A stretch of DNA of 62,389 nucleotides, filler included, from Chiloscyllium plagiosum (Eukaryota), in assembly GCF_004010195.1 (NCBI RefSeq). It is 4 parts of one record of this genome, joined end to end, with 100 filler letters (N's around TTAATTAATTAA, not from the genome) between each part and the next. Parts side by side here need not be neighbours in the genome. Positions count along the whole stretch, not along the records: positions 1 to 17,775 come from NC_057716.1; 3 more parts are not named here. One strand, 5' to 3'. Under the pieces are notes generated by a model. That model was given only the letters and a program-made list of their open reading frames with translations, was not told where the DNA came from and searched no databases. The position numbers and the translations under genes are program-made. The first letter of the stretch is position 1. The number at the start of each line of letters is the position of its first letter. This document shows, one piece after another, positions 1 through 12,344 of the stretch.

Positions 1-365
1 CGGGGACTTATCAGCCTTCAGACCTAACAGTCTTTCCAACACCATTTCCTGCCTAATGTAAATTCCCTTCAGTTCAGGTCCTTCAGCCACTATTACATCT
101 TGGAGATTGCTCGTGTCTTCCCCAGTGAAGACAGATCTAAAGTACCAATTCAACTCTTCTGCCAGTTCTTTGTTCCCCGTAATAAATTCACCCGTTTCTG
201 TCTTCAAGGGCCTAATTTTAGTCTTAACCATTTTTTTCCTTTTCACATACCTAAAAAAGCCTTTACTATCCTCCTTTATATTTTTGGCCAGTTTACCTTC
301 ATACCTTATTTTTTCTTTGTGTATTTTCTTTTTAGTTATCCTCTGTTGTTCTTTAAAAGCTTCCC
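1..365 (-). mobile_element. CR1-clade LINE ORF2 fragment (endonuclease-RT linker), cut by the window edge
   Basis: Minus strand ends in GCTGATAAGTCCCCG, the (A)DKSP motif preceding the CR1 RT. Resembles the other CR1 copies in this window. Confidence 0.7.
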
Positions 366-611
366 AATTCCTGCCTCAGGTGCTTGTCTGCATGGAGTTT
401 GCATGTTCTCCCCGTGTCGGTGTGGGTTTCCTCCCATAATCCAATGATGTGCAGGTCAGGTGAATTGGTCATACTAAATTGTCCATAGTGTTCGTTGCAT
501 TAGTCAGGGGTAAATATAGGTTAGGGGAATGGGTCTAGGTGGGTTACCTTTTGGAGGGTTGGTGTGGACTTGTTGGGCTGAAGGGCCTGTTTCCACACTG
601 TGGGAATCTAA
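366..611 (+). mobile_element. HE1-like V-SINE, 5'-truncated
   Basis: V-domain GGAGTTTGCATGTTCTCCCCGTGTC...GGGTTTCCTCCCA, and the LINE-derived tail GGGCCTGTTTCCACACTGT. Confidence 0.85.
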
Positions 612-627
612 CCATTAGAAAAAAGGA

Positions 628-1315
628 GATTGATGGGGGACCTGATTGAGGTCTACAAAATCATGAAGGGTATAGACAGGGTGGATAGAGATAAGCTTTT
701 TCCCAGAGTGAGGGATTCAATAACATTCAAGGCGAGAGGAGAAACGATACACGTGGAAAATACTTTACACAGAGGGTGGTAGGTGTCGGAATGTGTTGCC
801 AGCAGAGATAGTAGAGGGAGGCATGGTAGATTCATTTAAGGTGCATCTGGACAGATGCATGAGTAGGTGGGAAGCAGAGGGATACAGATCCTTAGGAATT
901 GGGCGATAGGTTTAGAATTAGAATCCCTACAGTGTGGAAACAGGACCTTTGGCCCAACGTGGCCATACCAACCCTTGAAGAGTAACCCACCCAAACCCAT
1001 TCCTCTACATTTACCCCTGCCTAAAGCACCTAGCCGACATGTCCCTGAACACTATGGGTGATTTAGCACGGCTAATTCACCTAGCCTGTACACCTTTGGA
1101 TTGCGGGAGGAAACCTATGCAGACACACAGAGAATGTGCAAACTACACACAGGCAGTTGCCCGAGGCTGGAATTTAACCCGTGTCCCTGGTGCTGTGAGG
1201 CTGCAGTGCTAACCACTGAGCCACCGTGCTGCCCCACTGTGGATTTGGATCGGCACGGCTTGGAGAGCCAAAGGGCCTGTTCCTGGGCTCTAAATTTTCT
1301 TTGTTCCTTGTTCTG
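628..1315 (+). mobile_element. CR1 LINE 3' end, interrupted by a SINE at 912-1235
   Basis: Encodes GDLIEVYKIMKGIDRVD. The 3' UTR resumes after the SINE and ends in TTTGTTCCTTGTTCT. Confidence 0.8.
912..1235 (-). mobile_element. Full-length HE1-like tRNA-derived V-SINE
   Basis: Minus strand starts GGGGCAGCACGGTGGCTCAGTGGTTAGCACTGC (A-box), followed by a B-box-like GGTTAAATTCC, the V-domain and the tail CCACACTGTAGGGATTCTAATTCTA. Confidence 0.9.
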
Positions 1316-1814
1316 AAAACCAGCCCGGTGACTTGGCTTTGGAGTGAATGTCCCCTGGTGTCTAAAGACTAAGAGAGCACATTGTGCTCAGCATATTTTC
1401 TGAGCAAACCATTGCATGGTCTAATTTTGTCTGACTTATATTCCACAGTTCTTATTGTGGAGGTCAAAATTCTGTTGACTTTGTTGCTTGCACCTTGTTC
1501 AACATCATTTATATCCCTATCACTCATTTTTCCTTCAATGTATAACACATTCTATTTCTTTGTATACAATTTATTCTCATTTTTTTGCAGATTACAAATT
1601 TTCTGCAACTCATTCTATGATTTCTGAGTTGTCAACCAGAGTTCAACTCTCAATTTGTTTACTATCTCCTGGAAACATAGAAAATTGAATACCTGAATTC
1701 AAATTATTGACGTAAATTAGTGATTGTATCAACACACATCTTTACATAATCCAACTGAATACATTCTTGCAACTAGAAAGAACTATTCTGACCAATGTTT
1801 TACATATTTCAGTC

Positions 1815-2043
1815 AAGTCATAGAGTCATAGTGGTGTACAGCACGGAAACAGACCCTTCGGTCCAACTCGTCCATGCTGACCAGATATCCCAACCTTATC
1901 TAGTCCCACTTGCCAGCACCCGGCCTATATCCCTCCAAACCCTTCCTATTCATATAACCATCCAGATGCCTTTAAATGCTGTAATTGTACTAGCCTCCAC
2001 CACTTCCTCTCACAGCTCTTTCCTTACATGCACCACCCTCTGC
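1815..2043 (-). mobile_element. CR1 (HER1-like) 3' tail fragment
   Basis: Same tail as 12132-12342 and the end of 25693-26533, with terminal (CTATGACT)-type repeats. Confidence 0.85.
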
Positions 2044-2763
2044 GTTTTTACAATTAGCAAGTATCACAAATGTTCACTATTCAGAGCATTATTAATTAAT
2101 GTTTGTGTGCAACTTTGTCAAGTGCGTCCTTGAAGTCCAATGAAGACCATGTTTACCATAATCTACATGGGACGTTGCATTCTTTAAGAAATCCAGGAAG
2201 TAGGTCAGGCAAGATTTTCTTCTCTGGAGTCCACCAATACTACTTACATTATTCTGTACAGATAATCTTCAGTTTTACACCTAGAACCAATTCTGTTATT
2301 TCACATAGGTTTCAAATTACAGTCTCATCCCATTTTGAATACAAGCATCATATTGACCTATTTCCAATCTTATAGTTCTTCTACAATGTCTAAAATCTCC
2401 TTCATGCTTATTGTCAAAACTTCACTTCTTCTAAATTTCCTTTAGCACTTTGGAATAAATGCACCCTATTCCTAGGGATTTAATTCTTTCTATTATCCAG
2501 AATGTCCAGCTTTCTTACATCAGAAGTATTCCTGCATTAACTCTCATTTGGGGAGACCTGTGGGCTCCTGCCTTCCCATGGAGGCATGGGGTGAGAGGGG
2601 CACAGGGTGGGTGAGTGTCAAAATGGCAGGGGTGGTTAATGTGGGTTTTGACCAGGCATTTTACCAGATTCAACAATGTTTACATTGTTCCTCATAACAT
2701 AAGAAACCAGATGCGGATAACATGATATTGAAGGATTCAACAGACATTTTTGGAGAGATCTGA

Positions 2764-3262
2764 GAGCACTGGAGAGGGTGCAGGAAAAATTTACCAGGAT
2801 GTTGCCTGCGCTGGAGAGTCTTAGTTATGAAAGGAGATTGGACAGACTGGTGTTGTTTTCCATGGAGCAGAGGAGACTGAGGGGGGACATGATTGAGATG
2901 CATGAAAGTTATGAGGGGCACAAACAAGTGAGAGAGAATGAACTATTTTTCTTGGTGGAGGGATCAATGATCAGGGGAATAGATTTCAGGTAAGGGGCAG
3001 GAGATTCAGAGGGGATATGAAAATAATCTTATTCATTCAGATAGGTAGGAATCCAGAACTCACTGCCTGTAAGGGTGGTGGAGGCAGAAACCTTTGTAAC
3101 ATTAAAGAAGCATTTAGATGTACACAAGCAATGCCAAGGCACACAGGGCTATAGGCCAAGTGCTGGAAGATGGAATTCGAATAGTTTGGTGATTGGTTTT
3201 GACTGGTGCAGACTCGATGAATTGAAGGGCCTTTTTCTCTGCTGGAGTTTTCTATGACTATG
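2764..3262 (+). mobile_element. CR1 LINE 3' end, degenerate
   Basis: ORF 2778-2993 reads KFTRMLPALESLSYERRLDRLVLFSMEQRRLRGDMIE. Ends in CTATGACTATGA. Confidence 0.85.
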
Positions 3263-4700
3263 ACATTTAGTACAGTGGGCTTTTATCTGCATTCACAAGC
3301 TGAGATGTGTCTGGGCTTGTATTAAGCCTTTCAGTTATATCAGATTTTGTGTTTTCATTAGTGCTCCATACTTCAAATAGTCCCAGTTAAGATGGTGACC
3401 CCCAGGTCACATGCTGTGATGGATTGATCATATCCTGAGCATGGATCTTAAAGACATGTTGGAATATTGACCATGAGACATAACACAATAGGGGCATGAG
3501 GGTGGGTGTGGAGCAGTAACTGGCATGTAAGTGGTTTAGAGAGCATAAGGTGGATGTTTGGTGTGGAGTATAAGTCTTTGAGGACAATACAGTATCTAAA
3601 ACAAGTGGTATGAAGTCCCAGAGAACAAGGCCAACTTGTTTCTGCACTTGCCATCCCAGTAGTTGCCTTGGATTTGCTTCCAGATTCATCAGGCCTGATT
3701 CTATCCTGCTCCAATCCTGCTCCAACATCTCTGGAGCAAAGATTGAGTCTAACTAGGCCCTTCTAAGTTAAGATAGGCCTGTTGAGTTGGGAAATTTCCC
3801 AACTTGACTCTACTGCTTTGGCGAAAATTTTACATTATGATCGTAATGAGAAAGAACGTAATTAATCTCTTAACCAGAACAATGTTAGTGATGTGTTTCA
3901 TGTCGCACTGAATTGAAGAGATATATGAGATTGGCATGAAGCAATCCAACGAATCTTGTGGGGCTGTAGTAGTGTCCTTATCTCTGATCCAATTAGTCTG
4001 AATTCAAGACCCACCAAGGGATGTGATTACCACAGGGGTGTGTCATAACATGTCCAAATAGGTTGACTATGTTTCTTTCAAAGCTATGCGGCACACTTGC
4101 TTCCATCTCAGCTCAGATCAGTTAACACCATGGCTGGTGAATTTACCTTGAAATCATTTTCTTTGTTGGCCTTAGTACAAGTTGCTTTCAGAAAGTAAAC
4201 CATCTAAAGTATTATGAGAGGCAGCAATGTTTCTATGGCTGAAGGTATGTTAATGATCTAAGGAAATTACAGTGTGTTTGCAAAACTTGGCTTGATGTTA
4301 GCAAATCCAGCATTGAATTGATAGCATAAAGTACAGTCTCATCTAAATGTGGATGGCTATGCTGATGTTAATATATTTAATACCCGCTGTTCAAATGCAT
4401 GGAAGCCGACAGTGAAGTTGCCTCAGCATCAGGAAATAAGAGAGATGGTCTGAACTTAAGGAGAAAAGAATTATCCTTCCCATTTGCAATGAACAGAAGT
4501 GCTCAATTTGGGTGGACAGAAATAATAAATCCAGCAAAATGTAATGAGGAGAAAAATGACTTTCTTTGCTGCAGATCTCTGTGACTGTATGACATTTATT
4601 ACAGCTGACTTTTATATGCATTCACAAGTAGAGATGTGTCTGGGCGAGTATTAGGCTATTTAGTTATACCAGATCTTATGTTTTCATTAAAGTGCCACTA
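3256..4700 (+). repeat. Diverged direct repeat of about 115 bp (copies at about 3256-3370 and 4582-4700)
   Basis: Both copies contain TATGACATTTA.TACAG...CTTTTAT.TGCATTCACAAG..GAGATGTGTCTGGGC..GTATTA.GC..TT.AGTTATA.CAGAT.TT.TGTTTTCATTA. Confidence 0.85.
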
Positions 4701-6589
4701 CACTAAAAGGCCCTTAATAGTTTAGGATCATTATTTCATATTTATCCAATATTTTTATTAATATTCTCAAATGTACAAAGTGACAGGATTCTAAGACAGT
4801 GTGCATTCATTTACTAAATCAAACATCACTATGATAACTTTCTGAATTTACAAAAAAACACAGAAGAGAGGGTTAAGTTGTAATCTTTTATTTGCAGAAG
4901 TGGAACATTGTGATCTAGAAATATTATAAATTTCTGATCTGTTCTTCATTTACATTTCTAACAGCTTTATTACATGGAAGAACTGATTTTATCTGATGCC
5001 TGTGATTTGTGGTTAAAAATATGGTTTCCAACCAGCATGTGGTGTGAAAATGGCCCAGATTTGAGAGAAATACTCACATTTTATGTACCAATTGGGCACA
5101 TCATTCAAACTGTATATTTGTAATATCATAGAAGAATATTAACTGTATCTTGCTATGAATCAGAAGCGCACAGCACAAAGTATTAAGTATTTGGAATGAT
5201 AGGCTCTAATGTTGTGTTTGAAGTTTCAGCTCATGTTATGAAAAACATTTCAGGACCTCCCATGTACAAATTAATTGGAAAGAATGGAAAAATCCATTAA
5301 GGATGCTCATTGCCCTCAACCTGCATTTATTTCCTCAGCAAGCCTTTTACTGTCTTGCACAATCAAGTGACAGTGGGAGAAAAAAACCCACAGGTCACTT
5401 CTACTTCTATTCATACCACCAGGGATCAAGAGATGGCCAGGAAAGAGGTTACATAGAACATAGAATATAGAACAATACATAGTTTCTGGGACAATGGCAG
5501 AAGGCATGTGCTCCTTTTTCACAGAGAATGCGCAATGATGAGCACTTCTCAGCCTTCAAATCCTGAACTGATTTTCTACCTATTGAGATATTTTTTCAGG
5601 TCTCTTTTGGTTCTTTTAAATGTTCTTTCATTTCTTTATTTGCTTCAGTGAGTGTTCTGTTTCTTACCCTTGCAGAGGTAAGCTCCCCTTTTAGTTGGTG
5701 ACCTTGCACCTTACAGTGAAGGAGGCTTAGACCTTGAAATTTTTATTGGTGGGATAAGATGGGTTCAGTGGTCACACTGGCTTCAGATCAGCTGACAGAA
5801 AGCTGTCACCAGTTGATCCCATGTTGATCAGCTCTATTTCTGAAACAGAAATTTCAAGAGAAGTACTAGAGACCAAAATGCCAGTATTCCATATAATTTT
5901 TCAAAGCATTTCAAACTTTTCAAATAATAATTCCAAGGAGCTGTGTAAATTTTAACTCATGTATCAACTATTTAGGAAATGACTTAACTCCTAATGATTG
6001 AGATAGTTTCTTATATCGCATAAAGTAAATCAGGGATTGTTATATTGGCATGTTAAAGATGAAGCATTTGTTAAAGGTGATAACTGTCAATAAAATTTAT
6101 CTTCACGTTGTATGGAGCTGTATTTTAGTTTGAATAATCAGCCTGACCTCCCTGAGCTCGATTCTATGTCAGAAACCCAGCGATAGCCATAGCGGACCCC
6201 AGAAGAGATTTTTGAGGACATGGCCAATTCAAAACATTTCCTCTCAAAACAATTCATCCCACCACAGTCTAATTAGGAATAGTGGCCTTGTAAAGTGGCC
6301 ATGTTGGACCGATGGGAGCATTGGGCATGCCTCTGTAGGTTGGCGAACATAAGGACACCTCAAGATGGAAGTGGCCTCTGAAAACTTGTTAATGGGATAA
6401 GGTCATAGTTCCAGAGAGGGATTCTCTCCATGGGATGGCCTGCGATTATGGTTGTGCCTGAACCATGGTGGATCTATCCATGCATTAAAGTTTGAAATGA
6501 AAATATAAAAGAAAAAGGTATAACCGAAGATATAAAAGTTTGTTTATATAAGCTTCTGCCTTTGGCTAGAAGATATAAGAGTTTGAATA

Positions 6590-6828
6590 TGTGAGAGTTC
6601 AAGAACAGCTTCTTTCACATTGTTATAAGACTTTTGCAGGTACCTCTCAAATATTAATTCTGATCTCTCTCTCTCTCTGCACCTTCTCTGTGGCTGTAAT
6701 GTTGTATTCTGAACTCTGTTCTGCTACCCTGATGCACTTTGTATGGTACCATCTGCCTGTATAGGACGCAAAACAACACATTTCACTGTATCTCAGTATA
6801 CGTGACAACAATAAATCAACCAATCAAG
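6590..6828 (+). mobile_element. Probable Rex1/Babar LINE 3' end
   Basis: GTTCAAGAACAGCTTCTT (FKNSF) parallels RFLNSFYP in the Rex1 copy at 19925. The tail is ...GTGACAACAATAAATCAACCAATCAA. Confidence 0.5.
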
Positions 6829-7705
6829 AATGTAAATCAGCTACCATGAGTGTCCCCCAACACCACCACCAACCAATTTCCCCCCCCCCATCCCCACCCA
6901 CCTTTCACTGGCATGCAGCAGGGAGGGTGATCTGGAAAACCCAAATAGCATATGATGGGTCCCTCTATTAGCACTTCAATTGTCTACCCACCAATGCAAG
7001 AGGGTGGCTGCCACCTTGCCCACTCTCCTCATAAGCTACCTCCCTGAAAATAAGCTGGAGTTAGGAACCTGTAGGCAGACTGGCATGTCAGCTGGTAACA
7101 GAAATTCGCTGCCAACCATCCTCCAAGCCCATCATCCCTTGGGATGGAACGTCTCCCCGTGGCATTTACACAGGCATTCAATGATAGCATTTTCACAGGT
7201 GCTGCACAGACTATTAAATTGGTGACCAAGTACATTGGAGGCACACATTGGGGTAAAGTTACATTTCAGTGCTTCTTTTTCAACAGCTTGGGATATTGGA
7301 AGCAAAACACAATTTGCAGATCCTTGGCAAACATTTTAGCCACTTTCAGCCTTGCTTTGTCTAAACCTTCTCAAATATGTTTTTCAGATTTATTTATAAG
7401 TTTAAGTATTCAGCTCTCAACCCTTGCCTTGTTGCTCAGTTATGCGATAAATGGTCCAGTAACAGGATCAACATTCTGGAATGTTTATGAGTTATGACTG
7501 AAGAGCCTTCCAATTTTGGCTCTCTCTTTCGCAAGACCAAACTAACAAATTTATTCACCTTGTGGCCAGAATCATTAGGTGTGTGGAACTCTGTACCAGA
7601 ATTCACCCTCAATATCTTGCAGACATTTTAGGATGCAGTGTGGTATTTCCTGAGAAAAGCAAAATGAGGTAACTGGTGAAAGCTCTTCAAACAGCTGTGT
7701 TAAAC

Positions 7706-8910
7706 ATCCAAGACCATATACTTCCTCATCTCCTCCCACCCTACCTCCTGTAAAAATGCCATTCCATGTTCCCAATTCCTCCACCTATACCTTATCTGTT
7801 CCCAGAATGACCAATTCGCCCTGAGGAAATCCCAGCTGGCCTCCTTCTTCTAAGATCACAATATCCCTTCCCATGTGATCGATGATGCCCTCCAGCGCAT
7901 CTCCTCCATTTCCCACACCTCCGCCCTCAAACTCCACCCTTCCAATCGCATCAAGGATAGAACCCTCCCCAGTCCTCACCTTCCACCCCACCAACCTCCG
8001 CATACATCTCATCATCCTCTGCAACTCCTGTCACCTACAAACGGACCCCACCACCAGATATATTTTTCCCTCTCCATCCCTATCAGCATTCCAGAGAGAC
8101 CATTCCCTCCACGACTCCCGCATTAGGTCCACGCACCCCCATCAACCCACACCTCACAACCAGCACCTTTCCCTGCCACCGCAAGAAGTACAAAACCTGC
8201 TCCCACACCACCCCCTTCACCTCTGTCCAAGGCCTCAAAGGATCCTTCCACATCCAACAGAAATTTACCTGTACTTGCACCAATGTCAACTACTGTATTC
8301 ATGACACCCAATGTGGACTCCTCTACATCGGAGATACAGGAAGCCTACTTGCAGTTCATTTCAGAGAACATCTCTGGGACACCCACACCAACCAACCCCA
8401 CTGCCCAATGGTGAACACTTCAACTCCTCCTCCCACTCCACCAAGGGCATGCAGCTCCTGGAACTCCTCCATCAGCAAACCCTCACCAACCAATGCCTAG
8501 AGAAAGAATGCCTCATATTCCGCCTTGGGACCCTGCAAACACTCAGGATTAATGTGGATTTCACCAGTTACCTCATTTCCCCTCCCCCTACATTATCCTA
8601 GTCCCAAGCCTCCAACTCGGCACCACCGTCCTGACCTGTCTCTCACCTTTCCCATCTATCCACTCCACCCTCCTCTCCGACCTATCACCTTCTCCCTCAC
8701 CTTCATCTACATCGGATTCTCAGCTACCTTATCCCCAACCCCTCCCCTCCCCAATCTCTCAATCCCCCGGCCCACAAGCCTCATTCCTGATGATGGGTTT
8801 ATGTCCGAAATGTCGATTCTCCTGCTCCTCGGATGCTGCCTGACCTGCTGTGCTTTTCAGAACCATAATCTCGACTCTGATCTCCAGCATCTGCAGTCCT
8901 CACTTCCTCC
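7706..8910 (+). mobile_element. Penelope-like element (Neptune-type) 3' half: GIY-YIG endonuclease relic plus hammerhead-bearing tail
   Basis: About 8277-8378 reads CTNVNYCIHDTQCGLLYIGDTGSLLAVHFREHLW, after a Cys linker TFPCHRKKYKTC. A C-rich 3' UTR follows, then CTGATGA...GAAA at 8787-8810. Confidence 0.85.
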
Positions 8911-8949
8911 ATATATATATCTTCACAGAATATTCTTTTGCAAACCTTT

Positions 8950-9070
8950 TGCAAATGGACTGCAGCAATTCAATAATGCATCTCAACAGCACCTTCCCAA
9001 AGGCAATTAGAGTTGGGCATTAAATGCTGATCCAGCCAGTGAATTCCACATTCCCTGAGTGAATAAAAAT
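8950..9070 (+). mobile_element. Old SINE/LINE 3' tail fragment (similar pieces at about 47808-47865 minus and 56745-56878 plus)
   Basis: GGACTGCAGC..TTCAA...CACCTTC.CAA.GGCAATTAG...TGGGCA.TAAATGCTG...GAATAAAAA recurs within the window. Confidence 0.55.
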
Positions 9071-9432
9071 ACCTCCAGCAAAAAATTCTGGCGTCAAAAA
9101 TCTACATGTGTTCCTGGAAATCTGACTTTATATGAAAATTCTTTAAATGAGACATAGAATCTATGTTAAAACCAGAGTGTGTTCCATCAAGCTTTTCTTA
9201 GCAGGAACAAAATCAAGACATTATATCGGTGCCCTACAGTTCAAAATAGACTACTTGAAATGAATAACTTCCTGCAATTGATAAATCGAATCACTGTGGA
9301 AGTGAGTTGGAAAATACTGATATAAGAGGAAAATGTAAGACGTTACTTATTGCACCTCCTCCAGCAGAGCTTCAATTGTGGAGCTGGGTGAATACTGCTA
9401 GGGAGCCAATGCTCATCAGACTGTGAGCCTCT

Positions 9433-9962
9433 TAGAGTCATAGAGCTGTACAGCACAGAAACAGACCCTTTGGTACAACTTGCCCATGCTGACCAGATAT
9501 CCTAAATTAATCTGGTTCCATTTGCCAGCACTTAGCCCATTTCTTTCAGAACCCTTCCTATTCATATACCCATCCAGATGCCTTTTAAATGTTGTAATTG
9601 TACCAGCCTGTATCACTTCCTCTATCAGCTTATTCCATACACCAACCACCCTCTACATGCAAAAGCAGGCTATTAGGTCCCTTTAAATCTTTCCCCTCTC
9701 AGCTGAAACCTACGCCTTTTCGTTCTGGACTCCTCCACCCCAAGGAAAAGACCTTGTCTGTTTACCCTATCCATGCCCTGCATTATTTTATGAACTTCTG
9801 TAATGCCACCCCTCAGACTTTGACTCTCCAGGGAAAACAGCCCCAGCCAATCAGCCTCTCCCAATAGCCGCATCCCTCCAACCCAGGCAACATCCTTGTA
9901 AATCTTTTCTGAACACTTTTAAGTTTCACAAGAACCTTTCTGTAGGAGGGAGACCAGAATTG
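9433..9962 (-). mobile_element. CR1 LINE 3' end
   Basis: ORFs read QFWSPSYRK..VQKRFTRMLPGLE and VWNKLIEEVIQAGTITTFKRHLDGYM. Confidence 0.88.
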
Positions 9963-10597
9963 CTGGAGCCCTTGCCCATTCTTTGTGGCATTGTGAACAC
10001 TGTTTGGTAGTGTCAGTTTGGGGTGCACTATGCCCCTTCTTACTTGCTGTCGCCACCTGCTGGGTCCACTTGAGGCAACTGGTCATTGGGGATACTCCTT
10101 GTGGCTGCAGGGGTTCTCTGTTTCACTATCTGTTCAGGGTTGAGGGGGATAAATGCTGGGGAACAGAGTTCACTGGGTACCTGGCAGACTTGTGGAGAAG
10201 GGGTCTGAGGTTAGTTGCAGCAGTCCCTTCACAGGTTAGAGCAGGTCAGCTGTTGAATTCATCCCTGCCTTGTGGGCTGGGAGTTGCTGCTGAGCTCAGT
10301 CCTGGCAGTGCCCCATCCTCTGGGTAGGAGAGAAGCTATTGAGCTCCCAAGCTGACTGGCGCCCTATGAAGCAGGGGATGGCCCTGTTGTCAGGACGAGA
10401 CAAGTGCTGGGGGCAATGACAGCCTCTGGGAGGACCCTGGGTGGTTAGGGTACCGTTTTGGAAAGTGGCTCAGTGTCTGGGAAGGGGGCATCCCTGCTGC
10501 AAATCTCTCGCAACAATATGGCACAGGTCAAGGCAGTGAGCAGCCTCAGGTGTAAGAAATGGTGAGGTTGTACTAGATGGGCCAGGTACTCTATATT

Positions 10598-10775
10598 ACG
10601 TACAGAAAACAACAAATGCTGTAGATCACAGGGGGTCAGACAGCATCTGTGGAGAGAAAGCAAGCTAACATTTCAAGTCTAGATGAGTCATGGATGCTGT
10701 GTGACCCAATGTGACTTCCAGCTTTTTTTTATTTTCCGTACAGATTCCAGCATCTGCAGTAATTTACTCCTACAA
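10598..10775. mobile_element. Degenerate inverted (palindromic) PLE tail element
   Basis: Left arm GTCAGACAGCATCTGTGGAGAGAAAGC faces right arm GATGCTGTGTGAC...TTCCAGCATCTGCAG. Related to the tail family at 58718-58965. Confidence 0.6.
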
Positions 10776-10789
10776 TGTGCATTATGGAG

Positions 10790-11312
10790 TCAAACCTTGC
10801 TAACCAGTCTCCCATGGGGAACCTTGTTGAATGCCTTACTGAAGTCCAAATAGAGCGGTAGATGTGATCTATATGGACTTCAGTAAGGCTTTCGACAAGG
10901 TTTCCCATGGGAGACTGATTAGCAAGGTTAGATCTCACGGAATACAGGGAGAACTAGCTATTTGGACACAGAACTGGCTCAAAGGTAGAAGACGGAGGAT
11001 GGTGGTGGAAGGTTGTTTTTCAGACTGGAAGCCTATGACTAGTGGAGTGCCACAAGGATCGGTATTGGGTCCTCTACTTTTCATCATTTATTTAAATGAT
11101 TTGGATGTGAACATAAGAGGTATAATTAGTAAGTTTGCAGATGACACCAAAATTGGAGGTGTAGTGGACAGCGAAGAAGGTTACCTCAGATCAGATGGGC
11201 CAATGGGCTGAGAAGTGGCAGATGGAGTTTAATTCAGATAAATGCGAGGTGCTGCATTTTGGGAAAGCAAATCTTAGCAGGACTTATACACTTAATGGTA
11301 AGGTCCTAGGGA
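10790..11312 (+). mobile_element. CR1 RT fragment preceded by an inverted copy of about 62 bp of its own start
   Basis: ORF 10864-11211 reads [11 protein letters not shown]...[19 protein letters not shown]...KFADDTK. 10790-10854 is the reverse complement of about 10868-10933. Confidence 0.9.
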
Positions 11313-11547
11313 NNNNNNNNNNNNNNNNNNNNNNNNNNNNNNNNNNNNNNNNNNNNNNNNNNNNNNNNNNNNNNNNNNNNNNNNNNNNNNNNNNNNNNNN
11401 NNNNNNNNNNNNNNNNNNNNNNNNNNNNNNNNNNNNNNNNNNNNNNNNNNNNNNNNNNNNNNNNNNNNNNNNNNNNNNNNNNTTACGATCGAGGAGGGAT
11501 AGCAGCAAAAGCTGCATTTGGAGTCAAAATGAAACCAAGTTCATAAG

Positions 11548-12131
11548 TATTTTGTTGTGGTTCTGTTCGCCGAGCTGGAGGTTTTTGTTGCAAACGTTTC
11601 GTCCCCTGGCTAGGCGACCTCATCAGTGCTTGGGAGCCTCCTGCGAGGCGCTTCTTTGATGTTTCCTCCGGTGTTTATAGTTTCGGTTGTCAGTTTCAGC
11701 TGTCCGCTGTAGTGGTTGGTATATTGGGTCCAGGTTGATGTGTTTGTTGATGGAGTTTGTGGATGAATGCCATGCCTATAGGAATTCCCTGGCTGTTCTT
11801 TGTTTGGCTTGCCCTATGATAGTAGTGTTGTCCCAGTCGAATTCATGTTGCTTGTTGTCTGCGTGTATGGCTACTAAGGATAGCTGGTCGTGTCGTTTCG
11901 TGGCTAGTTGATGTTCATGTATGCGGATTGTTAGCTGTCTTCCTGTTTGTCCTATATAGTGTTTTGTGCAGTCCTTGCATGGTATTTTGTACACTACATT
12001 AGTTTTGCTCATGTTGGGTATCGGGTCCTTTGTTCTGGTGAGTTGTTGTCTGAGCGTGGCTGTTGGTTTGTGTGCTGGTATGAGTCCGAGGGGTCACAGT
12101 AGTCTGGCTGACAGTTCTGAGATGTGGTACA
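11548..12131 (-). mobile_element. Penelope-like element (Poseidon-type) 3' end with GIY-YIG endonuclease
   Basis: ORF 11776-12012 reads NVVYKIPCKDCTKHYIGQTGRQLTIRIHEH...HEFDWDNT...REFL, a GIY-YIG domain. A hammerhead core lies downstream. Confidence 0.9.
11589..11629 (-). ncRNA. Putative minimal hammerhead ribozyme in the PLE tail (intact core)
   Basis: gca-CTGATGA-ggtcgcct(agcc)aggggac-GAAA-cgtt-tgc. Stem I is gca/tgc, stem II has one mismatch, and stem III is the palindrome ACGT. Confidence 0.7.
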
Positions 12132-12342
12132 TGTATGGAATGAGCTGCCAGAAGAAGTGGTGGAGGCTGGTACAATTGCAACATTTAAAATGCATTTGGA
12201 TGGGTATATGAATAGGAAGGGTTTAGAAGGATATGGGGTCAGTGCTGGCAGGTGGAACTAGATTGCGTTGGGATATGTGGTCGGCATGGACGGGTTGGAC
12301 CGAAGGGTCTCTTTCCATGCTATACATCTCTATGACTCTATG
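12132..12342 (+). mobile_element. CR1 3' tail
   Basis: TGGAATGAGCTGCCAGAAG...GGACCGAAGGGTCT...CTCTATGACTCTATG. Confidence 0.85.
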
Positions 12343-12344
12343 TG

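Noticed and set aside
912..1235. tRNA-like A/B boxes at SINE heads as extra tRNA genes
   Set aside because: They have no full cloverleaf and are followed by a V-domain and LINE tail, so they are SINEs.
9963..10590. GC-richer block with ORF 9983-10327
   Set aside because: No recognisable domain. It is possibly a Harbinger-related remnant, but I could not support that from motifs.
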